From an uncultured Clostridia bacterium (lineage in GTDB: Bacteria; Bacillota; Clostridia; TANB77; CAG-508), in the NCBI GenBank assembly GCA_946415375.1, contig CAMKSF010000007.1, positions 7,283 to 71,282 of the forward strand: DNA of 64,000 nucleotides, given 5' to 3'. Positions 1-8,767 of the stretch are shown one piece after another; position 1 is the first letter of the stretch; each line of letters opens with the position of its first letter. Made by a program: the position numbers and the translations under genes. The notes beneath the pieces are model-generated. The model worked only from the letters and a program-made list of their open reading frames with translations. It was not told the DNA's origin and did no database searches.

Positions 1-1
1 A

Positions 2-205
2 TATGCACAAGAAAGATTAGAGGAGATTAGACAAGAATGGGAAGAAGATGAAGCATATTATACTGCACAAGAGAATAAGGAAGATGTAGAAGTTACACCT
101 AAAGATATTGCAGAAAAAACTAAAGATTTACCAGAAGAAAAGATAAGTTCACTAGGAAGATGGTTTTCTAATTTAATCGAGAAAGTTTTTGGAAAAGGAA
201 GATAA
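2..205 (+). CDS. C-terminal end of an unidentified acidic protein (5' end outside window)
   Basis: Frame 2 is open from the window edge to TAA 203-205 (...YAQERLEEIRQEWEEDEAYY...RWFSNLIEKVFGKGR*); no motif recognised. Confidence 0.35.
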   Translation, partial: YAQERLEEIRQEWEEDEAYYTAQENKEDVEVTPKDIAEKTKDLPEEKISSLGRWFSNLIEKVFGKGR

Positions 206-215
206 GATAATAATT

Positions 216-638
216 ATGGAAGAAGTAAACAAAAGATTTGTAGAAGTTTATGAGATTTTAAAACAAATGCCAACAGAAAGTGTTATGAAAATTCCTGAAG
301 ATATTCGAAATTATATTAGAGATAATAGAGATGAAGAGTATATATGGAATTATGATAAAACAAAAGATTTTAAGAATCAAAATATAAATGAAGACACTTT
401 AGTTATGCTAGCATACCTTAATACAGAATATATGCTTGATGAAAAGCAAAAGAAGCTAATGAAGCAAATATATAATATAAACCAACAAAAATTAGAAAAA
501 GAAAAAGGTGAAAAATATAATCCTGACAGTTTGTTTAAAAAAAGTAAAAATAAAGAAGAAAAAGAAATAGTAGAATATAAAGAAGGTCTATTTGCAAAAA
601 TAAAGAGAATGTTTAAAAATCTGTTTCAAAAGGGTTAA
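216..638 (+). CDS. hypothetical protein (~140 aa)
   Basis: ORF track 189..638; the TTG at 189 overlaps the upstream stop, so the first ATG at 216 (MEEVNKRF...) is more plausible; K/E-rich C-terminus; no motif recognised. Confidence 0.4.
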   Translation: MEEVNKRFVEVYEILKQMPTESVMKIPEDIRNYIRDNRDEEYIWNYDKTKDFKNQNINEDTLVMLAYLNTEYMLDEKQKKLMKQIYNINQQKLEKEKGEKYNPDSLFKKSKNKEEKEIVEYKEGLFAKIKRMFKNLFQKG

Positions 639-709
639 TAATTATGATTAGATATGATACATAAGAAAATGAATTATTGTACATAAGACTGAAAAAATCG
701 TACAAAGTA

Positions 710-738
710 TTGAAAAATAGTAAAAAATGGTGTATAAT
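710..738 (+). promoter_or_regulatory. sigma-A-type promoter
   Basis: TTGAAA 710-715, 17-nt spacer, TATAAT 733-738, about 40 nt upstream of the ATG at 780. Confidence 0.5.
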
Positions 739-779
739 TTTTATGTAGGTTATTTAAAAACCTATAAGGAGGAAGAAAT

Positions 780-1718
780 ATGGTAGAAGATAACCAAATA
801 AAAGCAGAAGTATCACCTTTTGCAATTAGAAAAGGTGAAATAAAAACATTTGATGGTCAGGATGGATATGTATCCATGAACCAAATAGTACATAAGATTA
901 ATATAGGACATATTACAGATATACATTTTGCAATTTTAGAATTAGTAAATGAATTTGAGTTTATAACATCACGCCAATTAATGCAAATGCTTGCAATAAA
1001 AGGATATGACGTAGGCTCACAAGATAAATTAAACAATAAATTAGAATCACTTGTAAAGTCAAAGATATTAACAAGATATTTCTTTAATTCTGATGAGGGA
1101 AAAGGAATATACAGAATTTATTGCCTAGAGAAAATGGGAAAATATTTACTTGGTACAAGAGAGATAGAATGTAAATGGCAACAATCTGATAACACAAAGC
1201 CAGTTGCTATGATAAAGAAAAGGTTAGCTGGAAACCAAGTACTTATTGCATATTTACAAAAAGTTAAAGTATTTGATTCATATACAGTAAAACCGGCTTT
1301 AAAAGCAAAAGTTATGGGAAAAGTATTTAAAGCAAGTGGTGGAGCAGTTAAGCTTACAAAGAATAAAAAGTCAATTGATTTTCTTTTTGAAGTAATAAGA
1401 AGAGAAGATAATTGGCAAACAAAACTTATCGAGAAGATGAGATTTTATAAAGATTTTTATGATAACTTTGTAACAATGGATTCTGGATTTGAAGGAATGC
1501 CTCAATTAATATTAGTTTGTGAAGATGACAAGCATATGGCAGAAGTATTTAAAGAGATTGTAATGAACAATATAGAATTTAGTAATATTAGTTTATACTA
1601 TACAACAGATTTAAAACAAGTTAATGAATCACTAGATAAATCATTAACAGAATTTAAATTAGATCCAGAAACAAAAAAATATAAAGCTTATGTACCAGAA
1701 TTAAAAGTTTTAGGATAG
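780..1718 (+). CDS. winged-helix replication-relaxation-like protein (plasmid/ICE-associated family), tentative
   Basis: AAGGAGG 767-773 then ATG 780; ITDIHFAILELVNEFEFITSRQLMQML...LESLVKSKILTRYFF...GIYRIYCLEKMGKYLL fits the wHTH pattern I recall for Replic_Relax proteins; needs an HMM check. Confidence 0.35.
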   Translation: MVEDNQIKAEVSPFAIRKGEIKTFDGQDGYVSMNQIVHKINIGHITDIHFAILELVNEFEFITSRQLMQMLAIKGYDVGSQDKLNNKLESLVKSKILTRYFFNSDEGKGIYRIYCLEKMGKYLLGTREIECKWQQSDNTKPVAMIKKRLAGNQVLIAYLQKVKVFDSYTVKPALKAKVMGKVFKASGGAVKLTKNKKSIDFLFEVIRREDNWQTKLIEKMRFYKDFYDNFVTMDSGFEGMPQLILVCEDDKHMAEVFKEIVMNNIEFSNISLYYTTDLKQVNESLDKSLTEFKLDPETKKYKAYVPELKVLG

Positions 1719-1725
1719 AAAAGTT

Positions 1726-1750
1726 GTAAAAGGGGACGGTTCTCTTTTAC
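1726..1750 (-). repeat. 25-nt quasi-palindromic motif, copy A (reverse orientation)
   Basis: GTAAAAGGGGACGGTTCTCTTTTAC is the reverse complement (24/25) of 3496-3520; lies between the stop at 1718 and the terminator at 1764. Confidence 0.8.
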
Positions 1751-1763
1751 AAAATAATAAAAA

Positions 1764-1829
1764 ACACTTAGACAAATTTATTAAGTAACACAAAAGTATT
1801 AGAGATATAAATAGTTTAAGTGTTTTTTT
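1764..1829 (+). terminator. long imperfect hairpin + T-tract terminator
   Basis: ACACTTA 1764-1770 pairs with TAAGTGT 1817-1823, with an inner ATTTAT/ATAAAT pairing, followed by T6-7. Confidence 0.45.
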
Positions 1830-1875
1830 CGTGCTTTTTTATGATTTTGATAGGAATTATAGAGGAGAATTATAA

Positions 1876-3411
1876 ATGAGGAGAGAAATAAAAGAAAAAA
1901 GGAAAGCTGAAACAAGGAAATATCTAGAAGACATTAGATATATAAGGATTTTAGATGACTGCATTATTTCAATAAATGAAAGCACGGTATCATTAAAAAA
2001 AGGAGATATTGTTAGAATATATAATAATCAAATTGAAGATTTGGTATTTAATAAAAGTGAAGGAATTCTATCTCAATTAGGGTATCGAAATAATAGTGAA
2101 AAAACAAAAAGTCATGATTTAGATTTATCTCAAGATTTTAGGCTAAAAAAATACCCTAAAGATGATGCGTTAGATATTTTAAAATATCTTGAGATTCAAC
2201 CTAAAGTTAAATTGACAAAGCAAATAGAGATATCGTTATGGATAAAAGAAAACAGTGTGTATTTAACTCAAGAATTTTTAAATAGAATGATAGAGGACGA
2301 AAGTAATATAGAATTACTTAATGGTGAAAGTATTAGTACATCTGAATATAATAGACGAAATATTATATCGGCTTTTAAAAAAGGAATTCAAATAATAAAG
2401 TATGAGCCTGGTAATAATCTACTACCTTTTTTTGGAGATGGTAGTAATGATAAAGATAGAATTAATGACAAAGAAAAAAAAGAGGTAGGTACATTTTGCG
2501 TGCCACCAACTTTAGAGGATTTTAAACCTGGAATATATAAGAGTAAGACAGAGAAATCTTTTATTCCACTTACTCTAATTTTATATGCTGGAGAAGTAAT
2601 AGACTTTTCTAAACTTGAATTTGCGTTATTAGCACTTAATCAAGATTTTATGAAACTACTTGTAAGAAGTGAAGAAATAACAAGTTTAAGAGAAAAAGAA
2701 AGAATATATAAATCAGAGCAAAAGGGGTTCTTTGGTCAATCAAACATTAAATACTATAGAGTAAAGAAAACTGTTAATTTAAATGAGCAGGATGTAGAAT
2801 ACTTGACAAGACATATAGATAGATTTGGTAGAACAACAGTAGGACATGGATATGATATTGATAGAGTATGGGGAAATATAACAGCTGTAGAAACCGAAAA
2901 TGAAAGAGTTAAAACAATTAAAGTAGAATTTACTAATCCTGCAATTTATGGCATTATGGATAAAGAAATAAGAAAAATTGCTAGAAGGATGAATGAGAGA
3001 GAATCATTTCATACTTATTTAAATGAAAGAAATGAAAAGCAAAGAAAGATTGAAGAAGAAAGAATAAAAAGAATGAAGATAAAGAAAGACGATTATTTTA
3101 GAACAAAAATGTTAGCGGATTTAGCGAAAAGCTATACAATGGACAAAAAGTACATAGACTGGAATATTGAAGAAGACAAATTTAAAGAAGATGCATGGAA
3201 TTTTTATGAAAAGAGAATTAAACAATATAACAGGACTAGAGAAGTTCTTGGCAGTGAGTTAACAGTTGAAGAGTTTTATATGATGTATCAAATTAGAAGT
3301 AGGTTTAGAGATAATAGAAATATAGATAATGAATATCAAATGAAGATAAAAGAAAATCAGAGAAGATTACTACAAATTCTTAGTGAAAAAGGGGAATATA
3401 AAACAAGATGA
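1876..3411 (+). CDS. hypothetical protein (511 aa), K/E/R-rich, no TM
   Basis: GAGGAG RBS before ATG 1876; long uninterrupted ORF; no catalytic motif recognised; bracketed by inverted copies of the 25-nt motif. Confidence 0.6.
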   Translation: MRREIKEKRKAETRKYLEDIRYIRILDDCIISINESTVSLKKGDIVRIYNNQIEDLVFNKSEGILSQLGYRNNSEKTKSHDLDLSQDFRLKKYPKDDALDILKYLEIQPKVKLTKQIEISLWIKENSVYLTQEFLNRMIEDESNIELLNGESISTSEYNRRNIISAFKKGIQIIKYEPGNNLLPFFGDGSNDKDRINDKEKKEVGTFCVPPTLEDFKPGIYKSKTEKSFIPLTLILYAGEVIDFSKLEFALLALNQDFMKLLVRSEEITSLREKERIYKSEQKGFFGQSNIKYYRVKKTVNLNEQDVEYLTRHIDRFGRTTVGHGYDIDRVWGNITAVETENERVKTIKVEFTNPAIYGIMDKEIRKIARRMNERESFHTYLNERNEKQRKIEEERIKRMKIKKDDYFRTKMLADLAKSYTMDKKYIDWNIEEDKFKEDAWNFYEKRIKQYNRTREVLGSELTVEEFYMMYQIRSRFRDNRNIDNEYQMKIKENQRRLLQILSEKGEYKTR

Positions 3412-3445
3412 TTCTTTTTTAAAAAAGATATTTTAAGTTTAAAAG

Positions 3446-3477
3446 GAGTACTTACTTAATATAGTAGGTACTTTTTT
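3446..3477 (+). terminator. rho-independent terminator
   Basis: GAGTACTTAC / GTAGGTACTT stem (one G-U pair) followed by TTTTTT 3472-3477. Confidence 0.6.
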
Positions 3478-3495
3478 GTGTGAAGAATTTTTTTG

Positions 3496-3520
3496 GTAAA
3501 AGAGAACCGTCCCCTTTTGC
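3496..3520 (+). repeat. 25-nt quasi-palindromic motif, copy B
   Basis: GTAAAAGAGAACCGTCCCCTTTTGC followed by A7; 30 nt upstream of the mraZ -35. Confidence 0.8.
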
Positions 3521-3550
3521 AAAAAAATTAAAAAATTTTTAAAAAAAGTA

Positions 3551-3579
3551 TTGCAAAAAACAAAAAAGTGTAATAAAAT
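3551..3579 (+). promoter_or_regulatory. mraZ (dcw) promoter
   Basis: TTGCAA 3551-3556, 17-nt spacer, TAAAAT 3574-3579. Confidence 0.5.
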
Positions 3580-3586
3580 TTAATCG

Positions 3587-3613
3587 AAGTGGTAAAAAGT
3601 GGTTTAAAGTGGT
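3587..3613 (+). promoter_or_regulatory. MraZ operator: three direct AAGTGGT boxes in 10-bp phase
   Basis: AAGTGGT at 3587-3593, 3597-3603 and 3607-3613, plus half-boxes AAGTG at 3566 and 3621; between the -10 and the mraZ RBS; matches the known direct-repeat, 10-nt-spaced MraZ site architecture. Confidence 0.6.
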
Positions 3614-3638
3614 ATGAAAAAAGTGAGGTGAAATTCAG

Positions 3639-4064
3639 ATGCTAATCGGTGAATATGAGCATACAATAGACGCAAAAGGAAGGCTTTCTATGCCATCAAA
3701 ACTTCGTAGAGATATGGGTGAAGCATTCATTGTAACCAAGGGGTTAGATGGGTGTCTATTTGCATTTTCACAAGATGAGTGGAAGAATTTCGAAACTAAA
3801 CTTAAAGCCTTACCATTATCAGATAAAAATGCTAGAAATTTCGTAAGATTTTTCTTAGCAGGAGCAACAGAATGTGAGATTGACAAACAAGGAAGATTTT
3901 TAATTCCAGGAAACTTAAGAGAAGCTGCAAAATTAGAAAAAGAAGCAGTTATAATCGGAGTTGGAACAAGACTTGAAATTTGGAATAAAGAAATATGGGC
4001 TTCTAAAGATGAAGAAATTTCAGCTGATGAAATTGCAGAGAATATGACAATGCTTGGTATATAA
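3639..4064 (+). CDS. mraZ: transcriptional regulator MraZ
   Basis: Two MraZ/SpoVT-AbrB half-domains with DxxGR motifs ([20 protein letters not shown]); GAGGTG RBS; first gene of the dcw cluster. Confidence 0.93.
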   Translation: MLIGEYEHTIDAKGRLSMPSKLRRDMGEAFIVTKGLDGCLFAFSQDEWKNFETKLKALPLSDKNARNFVRFFLAGATECEIDKQGRFLIPGNLREAAKLEKEAVIIGVGTRLEIWNKEIWASKDEEISADEIAENMTMLGI

Positions 4065-4467
4065 TCCTTTGAAAAAAGGTTTATATAAATTTCAAAAGAA
4101 TATACAAAGATACAAATGAAAATAAAGGGGAACATAGAAAACAAAAGATAAAACCATAAGAAACCAAAATATACTAATGTTAAGAATATAAAGAAACACG
4201 AATTAACAAAAGAATTTCAAAAAAACAAAAGCCACAAAAGAAAGGAAAAATACAAAAATCACATAAGATTTTAGTAAACCAAAAGCCACATAAGAGGGAA
4301 TTGCAAAAGAAAAAATTCAAAGGAAAAATGAATAAAGCTTTAAATCTAAGAGATTTCACAAAAGATAATTTGTATCCAATTTATACCAAAGAAAAATACT
4401 TACATATCAAGCAACTGGTATAGAAGATATATCAGTTGCTTGAACTATATAAAATGAGGTGGAATAA

Positions 4468-5397
4468 TTGGAATTTAAACATAAGCCAGTATTACTAAAG
4501 GAGTGTATTGAAGGACTAAATATAAAAAAAGATGGCATATATGTAGATGGTACACTTGGAGGAGCAGGACATAGCAAAGAAATATTGCGAAATTTGTCAG
4601 AAAAAGGACTTTTGATTGGAATAGACAGAGACGAAGAAGCTCTTAATGCTGCAAAACAAAATTTAAAAGAATTTAAGAATGTAAAATATATTCATGGAAA
4701 TCATGATGATATAAAAGAAATATTAGAAGATATTGGAATTGATAAGGTGGATGGAATACTATTAGATTTAGGCGTTTCATCATACCAATTAGATGAAAGA
4801 AATAGGGGATTTAGCTATTTAGGTGAAAATGAGCTTGATATGAGAATGGATAAATCTCAAAGCCTAACAGCTAAAATAGTAGTTAATACATATAAAGAAG
4901 AAGATTTAGCAAATATTATATATGAATATGGAGAAGAAAAGTTTTCTAGAAGTATAGCAAGAAATATATGTAAATATAGAAAGCAAAAAGAGATTGAAAC
5001 TACAAAAGAATTGGTAGAAATTATAGAAAATTCAATACCAAAATCAAAACAAATTGGAGGACATCCAGCAAAGAAAACATTTCAGGCAATTAGAATAGAA
5101 GTAAATAATGAAATAAAACCATTAGAAAAAACAGTTGAAGACTGTATAGATGTACTAGCACCAAAAGGAAGGTTATGTATTATAACATTCCATTCATTAG
5201 AAGATAGGGCAGTAAAAAACGCATATAATAAAGCAAAAGGAATATGTACTTGTCCGAAAGACTTACCCTATTGTGTGTGTGGTGCAAAAGAATTAGGAAT
5301 TATAATAAACAAAAAGCCAATAATTGCAAGTTACGAAGAACAAGAAGAAAATACAAGATCAAAGAGTGCAAAACTTAGAATTTTCGAAAAAATATAG
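4468..5397 (+). CDS. rsmH: 16S rRNA (cytosine1402-N4)-methyltransferase RsmH
   Basis: TTG start after [19 protein letters not shown]-binding motif, [21 protein letters not shown]. Confidence 0.93.
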   Translation: MEFKHKPVLLKECIEGLNIKKDGIYVDGTLGGAGHSKEILRNLSEKGLLIGIDRDEEALNAAKQNLKEFKNVKYIHGNHDDIKEILEDIGIDKVDGILLDLGVSSYQLDERNRGFSYLGENELDMRMDKSQSLTAKIVVNTYKEEDLANIIYEYGEEKFSRSIARNICKYRKQKEIETTKELVEIIENSIPKSKQIGGHPAKKTFQAIRIEVNNEIKPLEKTVEDCIDVLAPKGRLCIITFHSLEDRAVKNAYNKAKGICTCPKDLPYCVCGAKELGIIINKKPIIASYEEQEENTRSKSAKLRIFEKI

Positions 5398-5427
5398 AAT
5401 TTACAGATGAAAGTGAGGTGAAAACTT

Positions 5428-5952
5428 ATGGCAGGCAGTATGTATCAATACGGAACTAACCCAAGGAAAGTTCAACCAGAATACAGCCCAAAGAAAAGAA
5501 AAACTAAAAAGAAAAGTCCAAAGCAAACTAAAAAAACAAAAGCTCAATTAAAAGCTGAAGAGATGCAAAGAATGGAACAATTAAAAAAAGAAAAAAAGAT
5601 ACATTATCAAAACATAGCAATTATTATCAGTATGTTTTTATTATTGCTTACTATAAGCTACAGAAATTCACTTATCACCGAAAAATTCAATCAAATTCAA
5701 AATAAAAAGCAGGAATTATCTGCAATTGAAAAAACTAATGGACAAACAGAAATTAGTATTGAAAGTAGTTTAAATCTAAAAAGTTTAGAAAAAGCTGCTA
5801 AAAATAAATTAGGAATGCAAAAACTAGATAAAGACCAAAAAGTATATGTTACTATACCAAAAAAAGATTATACAGAATCAGCAACACCAGAAGTAAAAAC
5901 TGAAGAGAATACAAATTGGTTTACTGAGTTATTTTCAAAATTATTTAAGTAG
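5428..5952 (+). CDS. ftsL: cell division protein FtsL-like (bitopic, coiled coil)
   Basis: Basic N-tail, a single TM (IAIIISMFLLLLTISY), then a coiled coil; position directly after rsmH. Confidence 0.6.
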   Translation: MAGSMYQYGTNPRKVQPEYSPKKRKTKKKSPKQTKKTKAQLKAEEMQRMEQLKKEKKIHYQNIAIIISMFLLLLTISYRNSLITEKFNQIQNKKQELSAIEKTNGQTEISIESSLNLKSLEKAAKNKLGMQKLDKDQKVYVTIPKKDYTESATPEVKTEENTNWFTELFSKLFK

Positions 5953-5989
5953 ACAGTTCATTTAAAATATAATAAATTTTACCTCGAAA

Positions 5990-6026
5990 ATAGATTGTAT
6001 CTAAAAGGATACGGTCTATTTTTTTG
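5990..6026 (+). terminator. rho-independent terminator after ftsL
   Basis: ATAGATTGTATC / GATACGGTCTAT stem (G-U pairs) followed by T7. Confidence 0.65.
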
Positions 6027-6080
6027 ATTTATATTGCTGAAATTAAATTATATGATATAATACTAATGGAGGTACATAAA

Positions 6081-6227
6081 ATGGAAGAAAATGAAAAAGA
6101 TTTAAAGAATAAAAGTTTAGAAGAAACACTTTATATAGAATCTATACCTGGATTTAAAGAAGAATTAATAAAGAGAGGTAATTCAGGTGATGAAGATTTT
6201 ATAGATGAAGAAGAGGTGGATTTTTAA
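6081..6227 (+). CDS. small acidic hypothetical protein (48 aa)
   Basis: GGAGG 6069-6073 then ATG 6081 (MEENEKDLKN...DEEEVDF); stop abuts the SDR start. Confidence 0.35.
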   Translation: MEENEKDLKNKSLEETLYIESIPGFKEELIKRGNSGDEDFIDEEEVDF

Positions 6228-6229
6228 AT

Positions 6230-6979
6230 ATGAAAGCATTAATCACAGGAGCATCTTCTGGAATAGGAAGAGATATGGCAAGATATTTGTCAAAATTAGG
6301 ATATGATTTAGTAATAGTTGCAAGAAATACAGAAGCACTTGAAGCTTTAAAAAAAGAGCTAAATACAAATGTAGAAGTAATATCTTTGGATTTAAGCATT
6401 AAAGAAAATTGCTATAAACTACATGAGCAAGCAAAAGATATAGATATTCTTATAAATAATGCAGGATTTGGACTATATGGACTATTTACAGAAACAAAAT
6501 TAGATAAAGAACTATCTATGATTGACACTAATATAACAGCATTACATATACTAACTAAACTATATTTAAAAGACATGGTAGAAAAAGATAAAGGACATAT
6601 TTTAAATGTTGCATCTATTGCTGGATTTATGCCAGGCCCACTAATGGCTACATATTATGCAACTAAGAATTATGTAGTATCATTAACAAGAGCAATAAGA
6701 AAAGAACTTAAAAAGAACAAATCAAATGTGAAAATAGGGCTATTGTGTCCAGGACCAGTAGATACTAATTTTAATAATGTTGCAAATGTTAAATTTAAGG
6801 CAAAAGGACTAACAAGTGATTATGTCGCAAAATATGCTGTGGATAAAATGCTAAAAAACAAGTTTATTATTATACCAGGATTCTTTATAAAATGTACGAA
6901 GTTTTTTGCAAAATTTATGCCAAGTAATTTAATTCAAGAATTTTGCTATAAAATACAAAAATCAAAAAATGAGACATAA
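6230..6979 (+). CDS. short-chain dehydrogenase/reductase (SDR) family oxidoreductase
   Basis: TGASSGIG cofactor motif, NNAG, catalytic YYATK (YxxxK). Confidence 0.88.
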   Translation: MKALITGASSGIGRDMARYLSKLGYDLVIVARNTEALEALKKELNTNVEVISLDLSIKENCYKLHEQAKDIDILINNAGFGLYGLFTETKLDKELSMIDTNITALHILTKLYLKDMVEKDKGHILNVASIAGFMPGPLMATYYATKNYVVSLTRAIRKELKKNKSNVKIGLLCPGPVDTNFNNVANVKFKAKGLTSDYVAKYAVDKMLKNKFIIIPGFFIKCTKFFAKFMPSNLIQEFCYKIQKSKNET

Positions 6980-7001
6980 ACATTATGTAAACAAGCGAAA
7001 T

Positions 7002-7025
7002 AGAGGGATTTGTCCCTCTTTTTTT
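7002..7025 (+). terminator. rho-independent terminator
   Basis: AGAGGGA-TTTG-TCCCTCT followed by T6. Confidence 0.7.
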
Positions 7026-7091
7026 GATGTAATAAACCTGTAATAATTGTAATATATTTGTAAAAATCTTAAAGAAAAAACGCCAAAACCC

Positions 7092-7120
7092 TTTACAAAC
7101 TGGAAATAATTTGATATAAT
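7092..7120 (+). promoter_or_regulatory. sigma-A-type promoter of the surface-protein operon
   Basis: TTTACA 7092-7097, 17-nt spacer, TATAAT 7115-7120. Confidence 0.5.
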
Positions 7121-7182
7121 GTTGTTTGAAAAATAGTAGGAAGATAGTGCCTACAAAAAGAAAATGAAGGGAGATTAGTTTT

Positions 7183-8154
7183 ATGAAAAATTCAGTATTA
7201 AAACTAATGAGTATTATATTAATAACATTATTTGTAATTTCTATAATACCTATGGCTGTAATGGCAGCGAATACAGATGCCGTTATATTAGAAAAAACAG
7301 ATGGCAACAAGATTATTTACATAAAAGGAATGGACCAAACAGAATTTAAATATGCTTTTTCTAATAACGAATCTGATGCTACTAGTGCAACATATATCAC
7401 AGCTACAAAAGATACAAATAGCGAATATGTCGCATTTCTAGCAGCAGGAGAAACATATAAATATATGTTCATTCAAAATGGCGAAAACACAGAAACTATA
7501 CAACTTGATTCGCTTAAAACTATCACAGAAAAAGAGATTGCTGAAGTTGAAAAATTAACAAAAATTATTAAGGTTTCAACAGATGAATCTGATAGTAAAA
7601 TAACAAAAGATGGAGATACAACGATAACTACAACAACTGGAAAGATTACAGTTACAGACAAAGGTAATTACCAATACCAGCTAATAGAAATAGTTGATAA
7701 AAATAGTAGTACAGACAAAATCAATGAAACAGCTTTAGAACTATATAATCAATTAGAAACATTAAATAATGATGGAACAAAAATGTATGATAAACTATTA
7801 GCAGAAATTACAGTAAGAGATAATTACAAAAAATTATTAGAAAATGCAACATGGACAGATGCTAAAAACAACACAATTCCAGAACCAAAAGATGCTCAAA
7901 ATGGTGAGAAATTTATTGTTTTAATCAGAGAAGTTAAAGACGGAAAAACTGTAAGAGAAGACGTACAGTTTATGACAAGTAGCAGAGCAGATGACAAAGG
8001 TGTTGAAAAATCAGAGAAACAAGTAGAAAAGAAAAAGAAGTTACCTATAACAGGTGAAAATTTAGCATTATATATAATCTTCGGAATTATCATTTTAGCT
8101 ATAATTGTATTAATAGTAAGGATGAATAAAGCGAAAAAAGATGAAGAAAAATAG
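7183..8154 (+). CDS. LPXTG-anchored cell-wall surface protein
   Basis: N-terminal signal peptide (...PMAVMA/AN); C-terminal LPITGEN + hydrophobic stretch + RMNKAKK sorting signal. Confidence 0.85.
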   Translation: MKNSVLKLMSIILITLFVISIIPMAVMAANTDAVILEKTDGNKIIYIKGMDQTEFKYAFSNNESDATSATYITATKDTNSEYVAFLAAGETYKYMFIQNGENTETIQLDSLKTITEKEIAEVEKLTKIIKVSTDESDSKITKDGDTTITTTTGKITVTDKGNYQYQLIEIVDKNSSTDKINETALELYNQLETLNNDGTKMYDKLLAEITVRDNYKKLLENATWTDAKNNTIPEPKDAQNGEKFIVLIREVKDGKTVREDVQFMTSSRADDKGVEKSEKQVEKKKKLPITGENLALYIIFGIIILAIIVLIVRMNKAKKDEEK

Positions 8155-8767
8155 AAAAATTTTAATTTATCGAGTTTTATTAATACTATTAATCATATGT
8201 GCAATAGTTATAGGAGGAGTAATCTTCCATAAACAATATGAAGATCAAGTATACGAAAAAGAAAACAAAGAGCTAACACAATTATTCCATGAAGAAATAA
8301 ATAAAGTGGATAATGAAAATAGCCAAAATGATAAAAAAGAAAAAAAGAAAATTGACTTAAAATATAAAGGTCAAAAAGTGATTGGTTTAATAGAAATACC
8401 AGCAATTGATCTAGAATATCCAATTTTAGAAAAAACAACAAAATTGGCTATGGCTACATCAATTAGTAGATACTATGGTGGGGAAATAAACGAATATGGA
8501 AATGTATCACTTGCAGGGCATAATAACTATAGTGGAACAATGTTTGGAAGGAATAAAAATCTAAAAAAAGGAGATGACGTCCTTTTAACAGATTTAACAG
8601 GAAAAACATTAAGATATGAAATATATGATATATTTGTTACTCACCCAGATGACACAAAAGTTTTAGAAACAAAGGATAAAACAATAAGAGAAGTTACATT
8701 AATTACTTGCAAAAATGGCAGGTCAGAAAGGCTGATAATAAAAGCCAAAGAAATAATTAAATCCTAA
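8141..8767 (+). CDS. sortase family transpeptidase
   Basis: N-terminal TM; LAGHN His motif, TLITC catalytic Cys motif, downstream Arg (SERLIIKA); overlaps the preceding gene by 14 nt. Confidence 0.88.
   Translation: MKKNRKILIYRVLLILLIICAIVIGGVIFHKQYEDQVYEKENKELTQLFHEEINKVDNENSQNDKKEKKKIDLKYKGQKVIGLIEIPAIDLEYPILEKTTKLAMATSISRYYGGEINEYGNVSLAGHNNYSGTMFGRNKNLKKGDDVLLTDLTGKTLRYEIYDIFVTHPDDTKVLETKDKTIREVTLITCKNGRSERLIIKAKEIIKS

Noticed and set aside
3635-4144. 169-aa minus-strand ORF
   Set aside because: Antisense to mraZ, whose identity is unambiguous. The product is hydrophobic, low-complexity translation.
6915-7310. 131-aa minus-strand ORF
   Set aside because: Spans the SDR 3' end, its terminator, the promoter and the start of the LPXTG gene, so it is incompatible with those better-supported features.
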